A stretch of 64,000 nucleotides of DNA from Promethearchaeia archaeon (GTDB lineage Archaea; Asgardarchaeota; Lokiarchaeia; Sigyniarchaeales; SOKP01). Location of the stretch: NCBI GenBank assembly GCA_029856145.1, contig JAHQWK010000019.1:64001-128000 (forward strand). Reading direction: 5' to 3'. Of this stretch, positions 38,670 to 49,190 are shown piece by piece. The position numbers and the translations under genes are program-made. The notes under the pieces are model-generated. The model was not told where the DNA came from. It saw only the letters and a program-made list of their open reading frames with translations, and ran no database searches. How positions within the stretch are numbered: position 1 is the first letter of the stretch; every line of letters starts with the position of its first letter.

Positions 38670-39893
38670 TTAATATAAGGTTTTAATCTGACTTATATCC
38701 TCTTTAAGGATTTCTAAGAATAAGTTTATCTGGTCTATTTGTTTATTAATTATCTCTATTTTTTTATCTATAATCTCTGAATCTAATAAATTCTTTTTAT
38801 CTAATTCTTTTCTTACAATAGTATACGATCTTATTTGATTTAATATATTTTGCATTCTTTTTATCTTAATTTGAAATAATTTCTTATATTTTTTCAGATC
38901 TTCGAGCTTTATTTCAATACTTTCAATATAATTGAAGCATTTTTCAATATTTTCTTCTTTCTTTAAATTTTTAATAATTAATTTAATACTCATTAAATAT
39001 GTTAACACTAACTCTTTTTGTTTTTTATCAATTGATTCAATTTCAATATCGGATCCTGGACCTACTTCATCTAGTATGTCTGAAGTATATTTAATGTTAA
39101 TTTTATTTGGAAATTTATTTAAAGCCTCGGATGATTTATTTGATTCTTTTAATATTTCAGTTTCATCAAAATCAGTTAATAGTTCTAATTCATCCACTTC
39201 TACTTTTGTAATTAATGGCGAAAATTTTACTTGAAGCTGTTTTTTACCAAAATATTCATCCTTTTGTCTTAAAATTTGAGTATATATTTGGATAAATTCT
39301 TGCCCAATCGGAGCGAATAAAACTCCTCCGGTTTCATCAAGTTGATTTAATAGAGGGTTAATTTTCGATTGCTCAATTGCTCCAGTTATTAAAATTTTCT
39401 GCCAAGGACTTAATTCTGGCATCCCTTGTAAAGGGTTTTTAACAACAATAGAGATGCTATCATTTAATTTTAACTTTTTAAGATTTTTAGAAGTAATTTT
39501 AGCAATTTCAGAATTTGCCTCAAGAATAATAATTTCTCCCTTAGGGGCTAATTTATGCGCTAATGCTGCGATATACCCACTTTTCGCGCCTAGTATTAAT
39601 AAATCATCATTATCAGTTAAAGAAAGTCCTTGAAGCATAATTGATATCATATGAGGCGCAGAGATAGTCCTATAATTATTAGGATTTTGCTCATCATAAT
39701 AAAATAGGTTTGGTACATCTTCATAAAGTTTGACGATGCTGAAGAATTTATCAGGGATAAACTTTTCTAAAGGAACTTCCATAAAAGCCTTTATTAATCG
39801 CTTATCTTTTAAAATGTCATTTAAAACTAAAGAATCTACGAGACGTTTCTTCTTTAATTTTAATTTTTCATAGAGTCTTTCGTTTCTGTCCAA
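38670..39893 (-). CDS. Protein-L-isoaspartate O-methyltransferase-like protein with C-terminal helical extension
   Basis: AFMEVPLEKFIP, RTISAPHMI..ML, LILGAKSGY.AAL, KILITGA, QL..GG.LFAPIG, VKFSPL. Confidence 0.78.
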   Translation of the reverse strand: MDRNERLYEKLKLKKKRLVDSLVLNDILKDKRLIKAFMEVPLEKFIPDKFFSIVKLYEDVPNLFYYDEQNPNNYRTISAPHMISIMLQGLSLTDNDDLLILGAKSGYIAALAHKLAPKGEIIILEANSEIAKITSKNLKKLKLNDSISIVVKNPLQGMPELSPWQKILITGAIEQSKINPLLNQLDETGGVLFAPIGQEFIQIYTQILRQKDEYFGKKQLQVKFSPLITKVEVDELELLTDFDETEILKESNKSSEALNKFPNKINIKYTSDILDEVGPGSDIEIESIDKKQKELVLTYLMSIKLIIKNLKKEENIEKCFNYIESIEIKLEDLKKYKKLFQIKIKRMQNILNQIRSYTIVRKELDKKNLLDSEIIDKKIEIINKQIDQINLFLEILKEDISQIKTLY

Positions 39894-39990
39894 AATTATA
39901 TCAACTTTTTATGCTAAAAAAATAATATAAAAACAAATTATTATATTTTGTTATAATTTTTTTTAACTATTTTAATAGGTCTCTTTCAAT

Positions 39991-40575
39991 ATGATGGTAC
40001 TAGATGCTGAGAATTTGAAAGATGCAAAATTAACACTTACTTTAATCTTCATTAATGTTATTCTTTTTTTCTTCATTAATTTTGCTCCGCCAGAAATTTT
40101 CCTAGCTCTTGTACAAGATAATAGAAATATCATTGAAAACTTTGAAGTCTGGAGGTTAATCACCTCAGTTTTTGTTCATGCTGATCCGATGCATCTTTTT
40201 TCTAATATGATTGCTCTCCTATTGTTTGGTGCTACTGTTGAAACTAATACTAATATAACTAAAATATACTACTTAATTATTTATTTTGTCTCAGGGTTAA
40301 TTGGTAGTATATTTTCATTATTGCTGCTTCCAATAAATTCAATTAGCTTAGGTGCTTCAGGGGCTATTTTTGGATTAATCGGAGTTGCATTTATAATTGT
40401 AGCAACCGATTATCGCCCTCTCTTAATTTTTGCTCTATTTTATGTTGGGTTTTTCATTATAACCTCTTTTTCACCAGGTATTAATTATTGGGCTCATATA
40501 TTTGGTTTATTAGGGGGACTTCTATTTGGTTATTTATTCTATACACGTAAAAGAAAAATCAAATTCGATTATTGA
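39991..40575 (+). CDS. Rhomboid intramembrane serine protease
   Basis: WRLITSVFVH, HLFSNM, GASGAIFG, AHIFG. Confidence 0.93.
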   Translation: MMVLDAENLKDAKLTLTLIFINVILFFFINFAPPEIFLALVQDNRNIIENFEVWRLITSVFVHADPMHLFSNMIALLLFGATVETNTNITKIYYLIIYFVSGLIGSIFSLLLLPINSISLGASGAIFGLIGVAFIIVATDYRPLLIFALFYVGFFIITSFSPGINYWAHIFGLLGGLLFGYLFYTRKRKIKFDY

Positions 40576-40627
40576 CTATATTTAGATAAGATTTTCTTCT
40601 AAAGAATTCGTTTTAGTTCAATATCAT

Positions 40628-41293
40628 TTATTCTTTTTTCTTTTTCTTTTTCTTTGCTAATTCCATACTAAAATCTTTTGGACAAATATCTTTGATTACA
40701 CATATCTCACATTTTGGGCGGATCGATACACATATTTGTTGTCCAAACCTTACAAATAATCTGTTTAATTTTAACCAAAGTTCCTTTGGAACTGTTTTCT
40801 TTAATGCTACTTCTGTTTGTAAAGGATTTTTTGTTTTTACCCAACCTAATCTGTTGCTTATACGGTTTACGTGAACATCCACTGGAATTGCTGGTATTTT
40901 AAAAGCGTAAACCAAAACACAATTTGCTGTTTTGCTTCCTACACCAGGTAAATCGATTAAGTTCTCATAATTTTCAGGCACTTTACTGTTGTATTTTTTA
41001 ATTAAAACATTCGAGACTTCTTTTATTCGAGCAGCTTTAACCTTATAAAAACCTGAGCTTTTTACAAGCGGTTCAATATCTTCAATATCTGCTTCAGAGA
41101 GTGATTTTGGATTGTTATATTTAGCAAATAATTTTTCAGTCGCTATTCTTGTATTTGCATCTCTAGTGCGTGCTGATAATATAGTTGAGATTAAGATTTT
41201 AAAAGGATCTTGCTTCTTATTAGCTAACTCATCTAAATGAGCTTCTCCTTCCAGTTGTGTCTCAATTTTATCTAAAATCTCTTTATAACTCAT
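40628..41293 (-). CDS. nth: Endonuclease III
   Basis: LISTILSART.D, LPGVGSKTAN (HhH), VDVHV.RI, C-x6-C-x2-C-x5-C. Confidence 0.93.
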   Translation of the reverse strand: MSYKEILDKIETQLEGEAHLDELANKKQDPFKILISTILSARTRDANTRIATEKLFAKYNNPKSLSEADIEDIEPLVKSSGFYKVKAARIKEVSNVLIKKYNSKVPENYENLIDLPGVGSKTANCVLVYAFKIPAIPVDVHVNRISNRLGWVKTKNPLQTEVALKKTVPKELWLKLNRLFVRFGQQICVSIRPKCEICVIKDICPKDFSMELAKKKKKKKE

Positions 41294-42705
41294 TTTTCTT
41301 CAATTTTTTCTAAGACATATAGTTTCCTTTTTATTATTTGTCCTTTTTTAGCATCAATAATACTTTTGATATGTTGTTTGCGAAACTTAAGTTTCTGATT
41401 AAATTTATTAGGAATCCTATTGAGGTCTAATATTGGTACGAGTCTAAAGTTATTTTTATTAGCAATTTTTTCAATATTAACTTGCAAGTTATTTCCATCC
41501 AAAGTGCTAATAATGGGAGAAATAAAACATATTCTAGAATTAGTTTTTATTATTTTATACGCTTCTCTGAAAAACTCATCATATAGAGGAGTCAATTCTG
41601 TATCTATTAATTCTTTAACTTGTGAATAATATGGTTTTTCGGTGTAAAAAGGTGCGAATTCTGGTTCAGTGCATATACCATCAAAAAAATAAGGTTCAAA
41701 AATACTAGATATCTTTCTCGCATTCTGTTTTAAAATTCTTTGATGAGTAAACGGAGGTATTTCTTCTTCTAAAAACTCTAATAACCAATGAATATTGCGA
41801 ATGGTATTATTCACTTTCTGAATGTCTTTATCCGAGCCATATATTTGAAAATCTTGTATTATAGCGAATAAAGTAATTGTTCCATTTCCAACAAAGGGAT
41901 CAAGAATCTTCTTGCTTTGTCTATTTTCAAATAAATTCAAAAAATTTAACATAATTAAAGAAAGTTTAGGAGAAATTGCACTTTTAAATTCTTTATGGGG
42001 TTTTTCCTCATCAATTTGCTTTTTAAAATTAGGGTCATCTGTAGTAAATGTTCTTGCAATGTATAAACCTTCTTCTGTAAAGCCAAAAATTATTTCTGCT
42101 CTATTTTCTTTAAGAAGCTCAAATCTAATTACATGATGTGGAAATATTGGATTCAAATTGCCTGATTTGATGTATTTTTCTGGATACTGATAATATAAGG
42201 CTTTTACGGCTCCCTTTTGTTTAAGTATTTCCATTATTTCTTTATTTAGAAATGGTAAAAGATGCTTAACTAGAACTTCCGAATAATATTCATCATCATA
42301 AAGATTAGGATAAATTGATACAGCAAAAAACATACTTTCATAAACTTTCGGAAATATTCCCTTTTTCCCAATAATGATGTTATCAATAATAGCTAGGATC
42401 TTCTTTCTTATTTTTTCAACATATCTAAATTCACTAATTTGAACTGGAAAAGCATCTTGAATTGTATTAATGTCAATGAAATCATAAATTTGTGCAATCT
42501 TTTGGCATCCTCCCAAAATAAATTGGATTTCCATGAGTTTATTAATGTAATGTTTGTCTTGATGTAATTTTTCGAACTCTACTATTGCTATATTAGCAGA
42601 ATAATCTATAATCTTCCCTTGATTTGAGGAATATTTGAGATAATTATCTAATTCTGCAATTGAGAGTTGCCAATTTGAACCTAAAACAAAAATAAATCTT
42701 TCCAT
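41290..42705 (-). CDS. Trm11/TrmG10-like RNA methyltransferase
   Basis: THUMP-like N-terminal half; ISPKLS.IMLN, LDPFVGNGT, GSD, CTEP. Confidence 0.7.
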   Translation of the reverse strand: MERFIFVLGSNWQLSIAELDNYLKYSSNQGKIIDYSANIAIVEFEKLHQDKHYINKLMEIQFILGGCQKIAQIYDFIDINTIQDAFPVQISEFRYVEKIRKKILAIIDNIIIGKKGIFPKVYESMFFAVSIYPNLYDDEYYSEVLVKHLLPFLNKEIMEILKQKGAVKALYYQYPEKYIKSGNLNPIFPHHVIRFELLKENRAEIIFGFTEEGLYIARTFTTDDPNFKKQIDEEKPHKEFKSAISPKLSLIMLNFLNLFENRQSKKILDPFVGNGTITLFAIIQDFQIYGSDKDIQKVNNTIRNIHWLLEFLEEEIPPFTHQRILKQNARKISSIFEPYFFDGICTEPEFAPFYTEKPYYSQVKELIDTELTPLYDEFFREAYKIIKTNSRICFISPIISTLDGNNLQVNIEKIANKNNFRLVPILDLNRIPNKFNQKLKFRKQHIKSIIDAKKGQIIKRKLYVLEKIEEK

Positions 42706-42762
42706 AATTAGAAAAAAAATTAATTAAATAGTAAAAGAACAGATTAAATTTCTATTTTATTG

Positions 42763-44022
42763 TTAACTTTTATACTTCTTTTCTATCCATTCTTTAAAAG
42801 CTATTGTAGCTTTTCCGTGCCATATGGCTTTCTTCGGGAAGCCTTTTTCAAAATCAATAATGTCCTGATTCGTGTAGTCTAACGAATCTATTTCATTACC
42901 CTCCTCAATCTCTTCTTTGTCTAAATCTATAGAAATCTCATACTTCTCTCCAGTAATATCCTCTAAAGCACTCATAATATCTTCAAGATCTTCTCTCTTT
43001 CTGACATCAACAGGTACTTTTTCCAATACTTTATCTTCAACAATTTCTTCTTTTTCTGCTTCTTTAATAGTTTTTTCATATGCTTTTCGTTTTTCTAATC
43101 GCTCTAATCTTAATTTTTTTATTTCCTCAATAATCCCATTATAATTATCCTTGAAGTATTTTAAACTTACATTAATGAGATCTGAAACATTGTCCCATTT
43201 TTCCTTTTTAACAATATCTTCCACCCAATAATATAAATCCATATTTAATTCGACTGTTACGGGTTTACCTTCAGAATCTAAGCTCCCTATCAAAAAACTC
43301 AGAATACTAGCTATTAAAATATCATTATCAAGAGCAGAAAAACCATACTCACGAGCAAGAGACGAGAATATACTAAAATTTCCAAACCCAACGACTTTAC
43401 CTTTATAATATTCTACAACAACCATTAATGGAATTTTAGGACTATCTTCTTCAATCCAATATTCTCCATTATACCGTTTACGCCAACAGTTTAATCCAGA
43501 CTGTAATAACCAATCTATTTTTATATTCTTCTCATCTTCAACAAAATCTAAGATTTGAGTTGAACAAGAACTTGAAAACACTACTTTTTTTAAATTTTCT
43601 GTTATTACATGAGGTTTAAATGCATTTATTAATGGTCTTTTTTGAAGATTTATATAATTCACAGAGTCTTGTATCTCGTCTGAAACAAACTCGAATCCGA
43701 ATTTTCTCGTTAGCTCATTTAAATTAGTGCTATTCGTATAATCTCCTCCCGTTGAGCTAACAACTAAAAGACTTCCTCCATTTTTTACATAATTTTCAAG
43801 AATTTTAATCTCATTTGGCTGTAATTTTGTGTTTTTTGGTGTTGAAAGAATTATCATATTATATTTCTTCAGCTCATTTATAGAATTAAATCCTGATTCT
43901 ATTTTCCCTAATTTATATCCAGAAGTGAATAAAAACTGTGTAAATTCACCGAAACTGGGTGATTCTAAGGTTAAAATATTATTATGAGAATAATCAAAGG
44001 CAATACTAGTCTTTCCATTCAA
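42763..44022 (-). CDS. Cytoplasmic GIFT (GldG/IFT52/DUF4350)-domain protein with RHH-like and acidic C-terminal regions
   Basis: IAFDYSHN, IILSTP, EIKILENYVKNGGSLLV..TGGD...TNLNEL..FG, KGKVVGFG..SIFS...DN. Confidence 0.7.
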   Translation of the reverse strand: MNGKTSIAFDYSHNNILTLESPSFGEFTQFLFTSGYKLGKIESGFNSINELKKYNMIILSTPKNTKLQPNEIKILENYVKNGGSLLVVSSTGGDYTNSTNLNELTRKFGFEFVSDEIQDSVNYINLQKRPLINAFKPHVITENLKKVVFSSSCSTQILDFVEDEKNIKIDWLLQSGLNCWRKRYNGEYWIEEDSPKIPLMVVVEYYKGKVVGFGNFSIFSSLAREYGFSALDNDILIASILSFLIGSLDSEGKPVTVELNMDLYYWVEDIVKKEKWDNVSDLINVSLKYFKDNYNGIIEEIKKLRLERLEKRKAYEKTIKEAEKEEIVEDKVLEKVPVDVRKREDLEDIMSALEDITGEKYEISIDLDKEEIEEGNEIDSLDYTNQDIIDFEKGFPKKAIWHGKATIAFKEWIEKKYKS

Positions 44023-44117
44023 TTTTGTTCATACTCATTAATTATATATTTAAATAAAAATTAGTGCACTCTTCTTATTTCTATATATGATATATTTCTT
44101 CTATTCTATAAATAAAA

Positions 44118-44978
44118 TTATCTAAATTTTAAACACAAAATATCTAGAACAACATGAAATAAATGAGGGCCATAACTTTTTACCGTCCTATGTGATTTTA
44201 ATTCACAATTATAACCTTCCTTAAAAGCGATTTCGTTAAATCCTTTAAATAGAACACTAAAATTATCTTTCTCTACCACCCCTTCATAATGAAACATCGT
44301 TCCTTTATCTTTCACTAAAATTAAAGCTTTTTTTATGTAATCTTTAGGTGCAGGAAAAACACCCATGATTACCCTGTCAGCTCTAATTCCAGATTCACTA
44401 AGTTTTTCAACCTCAATCTTACAATTTCCTTTTATTGGTATAATTTTATCAATTAAATGATTTATTCTTATATTTTCAACTAAGCATTTATATGATTCAG
44501 GGTTAAGCTCAATACTATAGATTTTTTTTACTGAAGAATGTTTCGCTATTGGTAGTGAAAAATATCCCATACCTGCAAACATATCTATGATAACTTCTCC
44601 ACTTTTTACAAGTGTTGCGAGATATCTTCTTTCATTAATATTACCTTTACTAAACATAAGTTTAGTTATATCGAACTTATATATCACATTATGCTCTTTA
44701 TGCTCGACAATAGGATTATCTTTTCCTCCTATTAATTCAATTTTTTCTGGTTCTCTAAAGGCCCCCACTATTTTACCTCTGTTTACATAAACCGATCTTA
44801 CTCTTGGCAACAATTCTAGGTATGCCTTAGCAATACAGCTTTCCTTATTAAATAATTTCTGATTCAACTTTAAGATTATAATATTTCCCAAAGTCTGGAA
44901 GCCACGTGGAAGAAGCGAGAGTTCTTCTTCCTTTAAAAAATCTTTTAAACTTTCTTTCAGCTTCTTTTTAAAGTTCAT
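44118..44978 (-). CDS. Trm5/Taw2 (Met-10+) family tRNA-modifying SAM enzyme
   Basis: EHKEH...FD.TKLMFSKGN.NER, DMFAGMGYFS, IELNPES, ADRVIMG, KSYGP. RVIMG rather than IMNLP favours Taw2. Confidence 0.85.
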   Translation of the reverse strand: MNFKKKLKESLKDFLKEEELSLLPRGFQTLGNIIILKLNQKLFNKESCIAKAYLELLPRVRSVYVNRGKIVGAFREPEKIELIGGKDNPIVEHKEHNVIYKFDITKLMFSKGNINERRYLATLVKSGEVIIDMFAGMGYFSLPIAKHSSVKKIYSIELNPESYKCLVENIRINHLIDKIIPIKGNCKIEVEKLSESGIRADRVIMGVFPAPKDYIKKALILVKDKGTMFHYEGVVEKDNFSVLFKGFNEIAFKEGYNCELKSHRTVKSYGPHLFHVVLDILCLKFR

Positions 44979-45117
44979 GATAATTATGTCTAAAAAAGTA
45001 TATAATAATTTAAAATTTGAAATATTAAATTCATTATTACTTCTTATGAATAAATCAAGTTAAGTTATTATAATAACAACAAACCAATCATAATTGAAAT
45101 AAAAAAAGTGAATTAAT

Positions 45118-46977
45118 ATGCCGAGTTTAAATGATCCAGAATTTTTAGTTGATGAGAATAAAGTATGGTTTACAGGGGGATATTGGCCCGAAGGTATGCC
45201 CAAACAATTAAGAGATATTGAAGATGTTGATATTTTACCAATGTGGGAATATTTTCTGATGGCTGCTGATTTATATGGGACTTGGGATAATGATATTTGT
45301 GTCTTTGTATATGGTCCATATATGGAGCGCGTAAAACTAAGAACTTTATTTGATTATGCAAAACGATTTGGAACGTTTCTCTATGAAAAACTGGGAATAA
45401 GAAAGGGTGATGTTGTTGCTATTGATTTACCGAATTCTATTAATTTTGTAGTTGCTTATATGGGCTGTCAATATATAGGTGCAATTATGCAAGGTATTAA
45501 TCCAACTTACCGACCAATGGAGCTTTTACATTCTTTAAATATGACAAAAGCGAAAGTCTTTGTTATGATGGATATGCTATACATTGCAGGCCCGAAAGAT
45601 ATACTACCAAAAACTGATGTAAAGTTTGTAATACCTACTAATTTTGTAGATTTTCTGACTGCTGATGAGGCTATGCTTGAAAAATTGGGCATTCCAAGTG
45701 CCAGAGACAAGATACCAGAAGAAACAGAACACTATAAAATATATTGGATGGACAAAATTATAAAGGAAACACAACCAGAAGATATCAAAACTCAGATTGA
45801 TCCTTGGGCGGATCCAGCAATATATCTTATGACTGGAGGGACTACAGGGTTACCTAAAGTTGCAATGCTTTCACATGCAAACTTAAGTACCAATCTTAAT
45901 ATGGCTAAACCTTGGACGCAGCTTGAACCAGGAATGTTAACTATTGGCTCTCTTCCCTTTTTCCATAGCTTTGGTATGACTTGTGTCATGAATGCTGCTC
46001 TTGGCCTAGGAATGGTTATGCTACTTTTCCCCAAGCCACCTTCTGATGATATTCTATGTGAAACAATAAACAAGATTGATACTCCTAAAGGAATAATGTA
46101 TACAGGAGTAGAAATGTTGTTCAAAAGACTAACAGATTTTGTAAATGATATGGGCGTAGAAGAATTCAAGAAAAAATATGACTTTTGGAAGAAATTAAAA
46201 TATGCTACTCAAGGTGCAGGCCCATTACACGATTATGTGAGAATCCCATTTGAAGAGATCTTTTGTCCAATACGTTCTGGTTATGGATTGACTGAAACCT
46301 CTCCTATTCAGAGTATTGCACCCTTTTGGGGGCCAACGAAAACTGGAAAATTAGGATTACCCATTCCTGGAGCTGATTGGGCCATTTTTAATTCAGAAGA
46401 TTTCGACGCAGGACCTATTTGTGATGGAACTAAAGAAAGAGGAGGTTTTGGGATAGAAAATACAGGAGAAATTTGTTGTGCTGGGCCACATATCATGTTA
46501 GGATATTTAGGAAAACAAAAAGAACAAGAAGATAATTTGAAACATTGGGGTGGGAAACGTTGGTTGCTAACTGGTGATATAGGTTTTATGGATGAGCATG
46601 GATGGGTTGAGATACGAGATCGTAAAAAATCTTTGGTTAAGGTTTCAGGGCATTCAGTTTTTCCAAAAGAAGTTGAGGAGTTATTAGGAAAGCATACGGC
46701 AATTGATGAAGTTGCTGTTGCGGGTATACCCGACAAAATGACGGGTGAAGCGGTAAAAGCGTGGGTTACTCTTAAAAAAGGATATAAAATCGATAAGAAT
46801 ATAACAATTGAAGAAATAAAAAAATGGGCTATTGAGAATATGGCAAAGTGGAAGTCGCCACGATTTATAGAGGTTGTACGAAAAATGCCAGTTAGCATGA
46901 CTGGTAAAGTTCAGAGACGTGAATTACAAGAAAAAGATTTAGCTAAACTTGAACAAGGAAAATCCATTAAAGGTTAG
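45118..46977 (+). CDS. Long-chain acyl-CoA synthetase (AMP-binding)
   Basis: MTGGTTGLPK, LPFFHSFG, GYGLTETSP, TGDIG, DRKK, GKVQRREL. Confidence 0.92.
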   Translation: MPSLNDPEFLVDENKVWFTGGYWPEGMPKQLRDIEDVDILPMWEYFLMAADLYGTWDNDICVFVYGPYMERVKLRTLFDYAKRFGTFLYEKLGIRKGDVVAIDLPNSINFVVAYMGCQYIGAIMQGINPTYRPMELLHSLNMTKAKVFVMMDMLYIAGPKDILPKTDVKFVIPTNFVDFLTADEAMLEKLGIPSARDKIPEETEHYKIYWMDKIIKETQPEDIKTQIDPWADPAIYLMTGGTTGLPKVAMLSHANLSTNLNMAKPWTQLEPGMLTIGSLPFFHSFGMTCVMNAALGLGMVMLLFPKPPSDDILCETINKIDTPKGIMYTGVEMLFKRLTDFVNDMGVEEFKKKYDFWKKLKYATQGAGPLHDYVRIPFEEIFCPIRSGYGLTETSPIQSIAPFWGPTKTGKLGLPIPGADWAIFNSEDFDAGPICDGTKERGGFGIENTGEICCAGPHIMLGYLGKQKEQEDNLKHWGGKRWLLTGDIGFMDEHGWVEIRDRKKSLVKVSGHSVFPKEVEELLGKHTAIDEVAVAGIPDKMTGEAVKAWVTLKKGYKIDKNITIEEIKKWAIENMAKWKSPRFIEVVRKMPVSMTGKVQRRELQEKDLAKLEQGKSIKG

Positions 46978-47027
46978 GCACATAAGGTTATATCAACTTG
47001 ATTTTTTTTAACTTATTAATTCTTTTT

Positions 47028-47393
47028 TTAAAAACTTTTTAAAATACCCCCATTTATTAATTCAGTTAATTCTATACTTTTCGTTTTACCTGAATTCTTA
47101 TAATCTGCCATTGTTATAGAAAATAAATAGGCATCTGTGGTTTCAACTTCTACAACAAAAATTTTTCCTTTTTTTATTTGTGACACTTTATTAATTTTTA
47201 ATAAGGGAATCTTAAATCCTTCATTGAATTTATCAACGGAGGTGCCTATTTCTGTTAAACTTATATTAGTTTTTTTTATAAGTAATAATTGATGATTTGT
47301 TAATATTATTCTTCCTAATTTCATATCAAACTGCCAATTCTTACCCACTTCTCCTTCACAGAAATACCCTTCTGAATTAAAAAGCAATGACAT
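47028..47393 (-). CDS. Small PH/GRAM-like domain protein
   Basis: GRIILTNHQLLL..., IPLLKI..V, followed by a C-terminal helix. Confidence 0.55.
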   Translation of the reverse strand: MSLLFNSEGYFCEGEVGKNWQFDMKLGRIILTNHQLLLIKKTNISLTEIGTSVDKFNEGFKIPLLKINKVSQIKKGKIFVVEVETTDAYLFSITMADYKNSGKTKSIELTELINGGILKSF

Positions 47394-47577
47394 GATTATT
47401 ACATTTTCTTCTTTTTGTATTGAATTAATATAATCAGTTTTTTTATTTTTAATTTATTTTCTTTTACGGGTATATTACATGAAAAGTTTTTTAGATGACA
47501 TCATCAATTAAATTTATAAGAATAAATTAGTACTAAAATTATTATACATATCAAATAAATTACAATTCAGAAAAAAA

Positions 47578-48108
47578 ATGTCGTTACAAAAAACTCGAGA
47601 ATTTATGCTTCAAGAAAAGATGATCTCTTTAAGGGATAAAGGTAAGATAATGAACTTAAATAAAGAAGTTATTGGCACTTTCGCTGGTAAAATAATAAAA
47701 ATTGGTAATACTTACCGTATAAGAGATCTTGATGAGAATCCTGTATTAACTGTTCATGAAAAAGTAATTTCAATGCGTTCCTCTTATAAATTCTATAAAG
47801 GTGGGGAAGAGGATGAAGACAAATACATCGGGAAACTGAAAAGAAAACTTGTGTCTATTAAACCAAGTTACTGGTTTGAGGATCCAAATGAAAATAGAGT
47901 TTTTACAATGAAGGGAAATATCTGGACTCTGAAATTTAAGATATTAAAAGACAACAAGGTTGTTGCTGAAATTCATAAAAAACTATTTAAGAGTCTAATC
48001 AAAGGAACATATGGAATAAAAATGCCTCCTGACTTAGATGATGATTCAGCTATGCTCGTATTAGGTATAGTTTTGATGCTTCATCATGAAAAGGAAGAAA
48101 ATAGATAA
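47578..48108 (+). CDS. LURP-one/scramblase (Tubby C-like) protein
   Basis: QEKMISLRD, KLVSIKPSY, KGNIW...F.I, VAEIHKK, TYGI; hydrophobic C-terminal helix. Confidence 0.8.
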   Translation: MSLQKTREFMLQEKMISLRDKGKIMNLNKEVIGTFAGKIIKIGNTYRIRDLDENPVLTVHEKVISMRSSYKFYKGGEEDEDKYIGKLKRKLVSIKPSYWFEDPNENRVFTMKGNIWTLKFKILKDNKVVAEIHKKLFKSLIKGTYGIKMPPDLDDDSAMLVLGIVLMLHHEKEENR

Positions 48109-48292
48109 AAACCAGTCTCTCTATCTTTTTTTTTATTTTTTTAAAGAAAGTAATACAATTTTATTTTGATTTTTTTCTTATATCTTACGGATATCACACT
48201 CATCTATTAATTTGGGATAAATTTATATTTATAAAATTTTATGTGTTGCATACAACTTTTTTATTATTTTTATCCTTTGTGGGGTATAAATT

Positions 48293-49156
48293 ATGCAAGT
48301 ACAATGTAGATTGATTAATATTGCTTGTCCAACCTGTGGTATAGAAAAAACTGTATCTATTCCAGAAACTCTATTTACAGAAAAAAAATTTGGTCATGTA
48401 AAAATCCAAGTTCCGCAGGGAGCAGTATGTCAAGATCATGTATTTGTTGTATTATTAGATGTTAAGGGAAGAATTCTTGGATACCAAACTGTCGATTTAT
48501 CAGTATCATCCACAGTTGATGCAAAACCAAAAGAAGAAGTTCGTTTAGAAGAAGATGAGACATTAGGTTTAATGAGATTTATTAAGATGTTTGGATTTAG
48601 ATGTTTCGCGGGATTAATTCATGCAAAATTATTTAATTACCAACTATATGTTATTATAAAAAAAGATTTCCAAATGAATATGGATGAAATAAACAATGTT
48701 CTTGATGATTTTGTTCCCGAGAAGTATAAAAATAAAAGAATTTTAAAACACGTTGAATATAATGACTATGTTTTTCCTACTGCTACCTATTTCTATGCAT
48801 TGGTTAAGAACCAAAGAAAAACCGCTTTCCTTATGAATCTCCATAAACATATCATTCAAATGCCTTGGCAAACCGGTTTAGATCTTGAAAAAGGTTTTAT
48901 TACTTCTGCATTAAAGAATGAGGATCCAACTGAGCAGATGAGATATATATCATTTTATATTTCCAAGTTTTTAGAAGATATTGATAAAACGAAGATAATC
49001 TTAGAACCTAAAAGGAAGATCTCTAAAAAGGATTTAATCAAAAAACTAAAAGAAATTGCAATTACATCGACTGTGACGAGGGAATATGTTACCTGTATAA
49101 AAGAATTTGTTCATAGACGAGTTTCTCCCCAAATAGCAAAGAAAATCCACGATTAA
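48293..49156 (+). CDS. Hypothetical protein with N-terminal CxxC...CxxH zinc motif
   Basis: CPTC...IP...VCQDHVF..LD..G.ILGYQ.VD. Confidence 0.7.
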   Translation: MQVQCRLINIACPTCGIEKTVSIPETLFTEKKFGHVKIQVPQGAVCQDHVFVVLLDVKGRILGYQTVDLSVSSTVDAKPKEEVRLEEDETLGLMRFIKMFGFRCFAGLIHAKLFNYQLYVIIKKDFQMNMDEINNVLDDFVPEKYKNKRILKHVEYNDYVFPTATYFYALVKNQRKTAFLMNLHKHIIQMPWQTGLDLEKGFITSALKNEDPTEQMRYISFYISKFLEDIDKTKIILEPKRKISKKDLIKKLKEIAITSTVTREYVTCIKEFVHRRVSPQIAKKIHD

Positions 49157-49190
49157 AAGAGAGATAATAAGGTTAATTAAAAAAAATACT

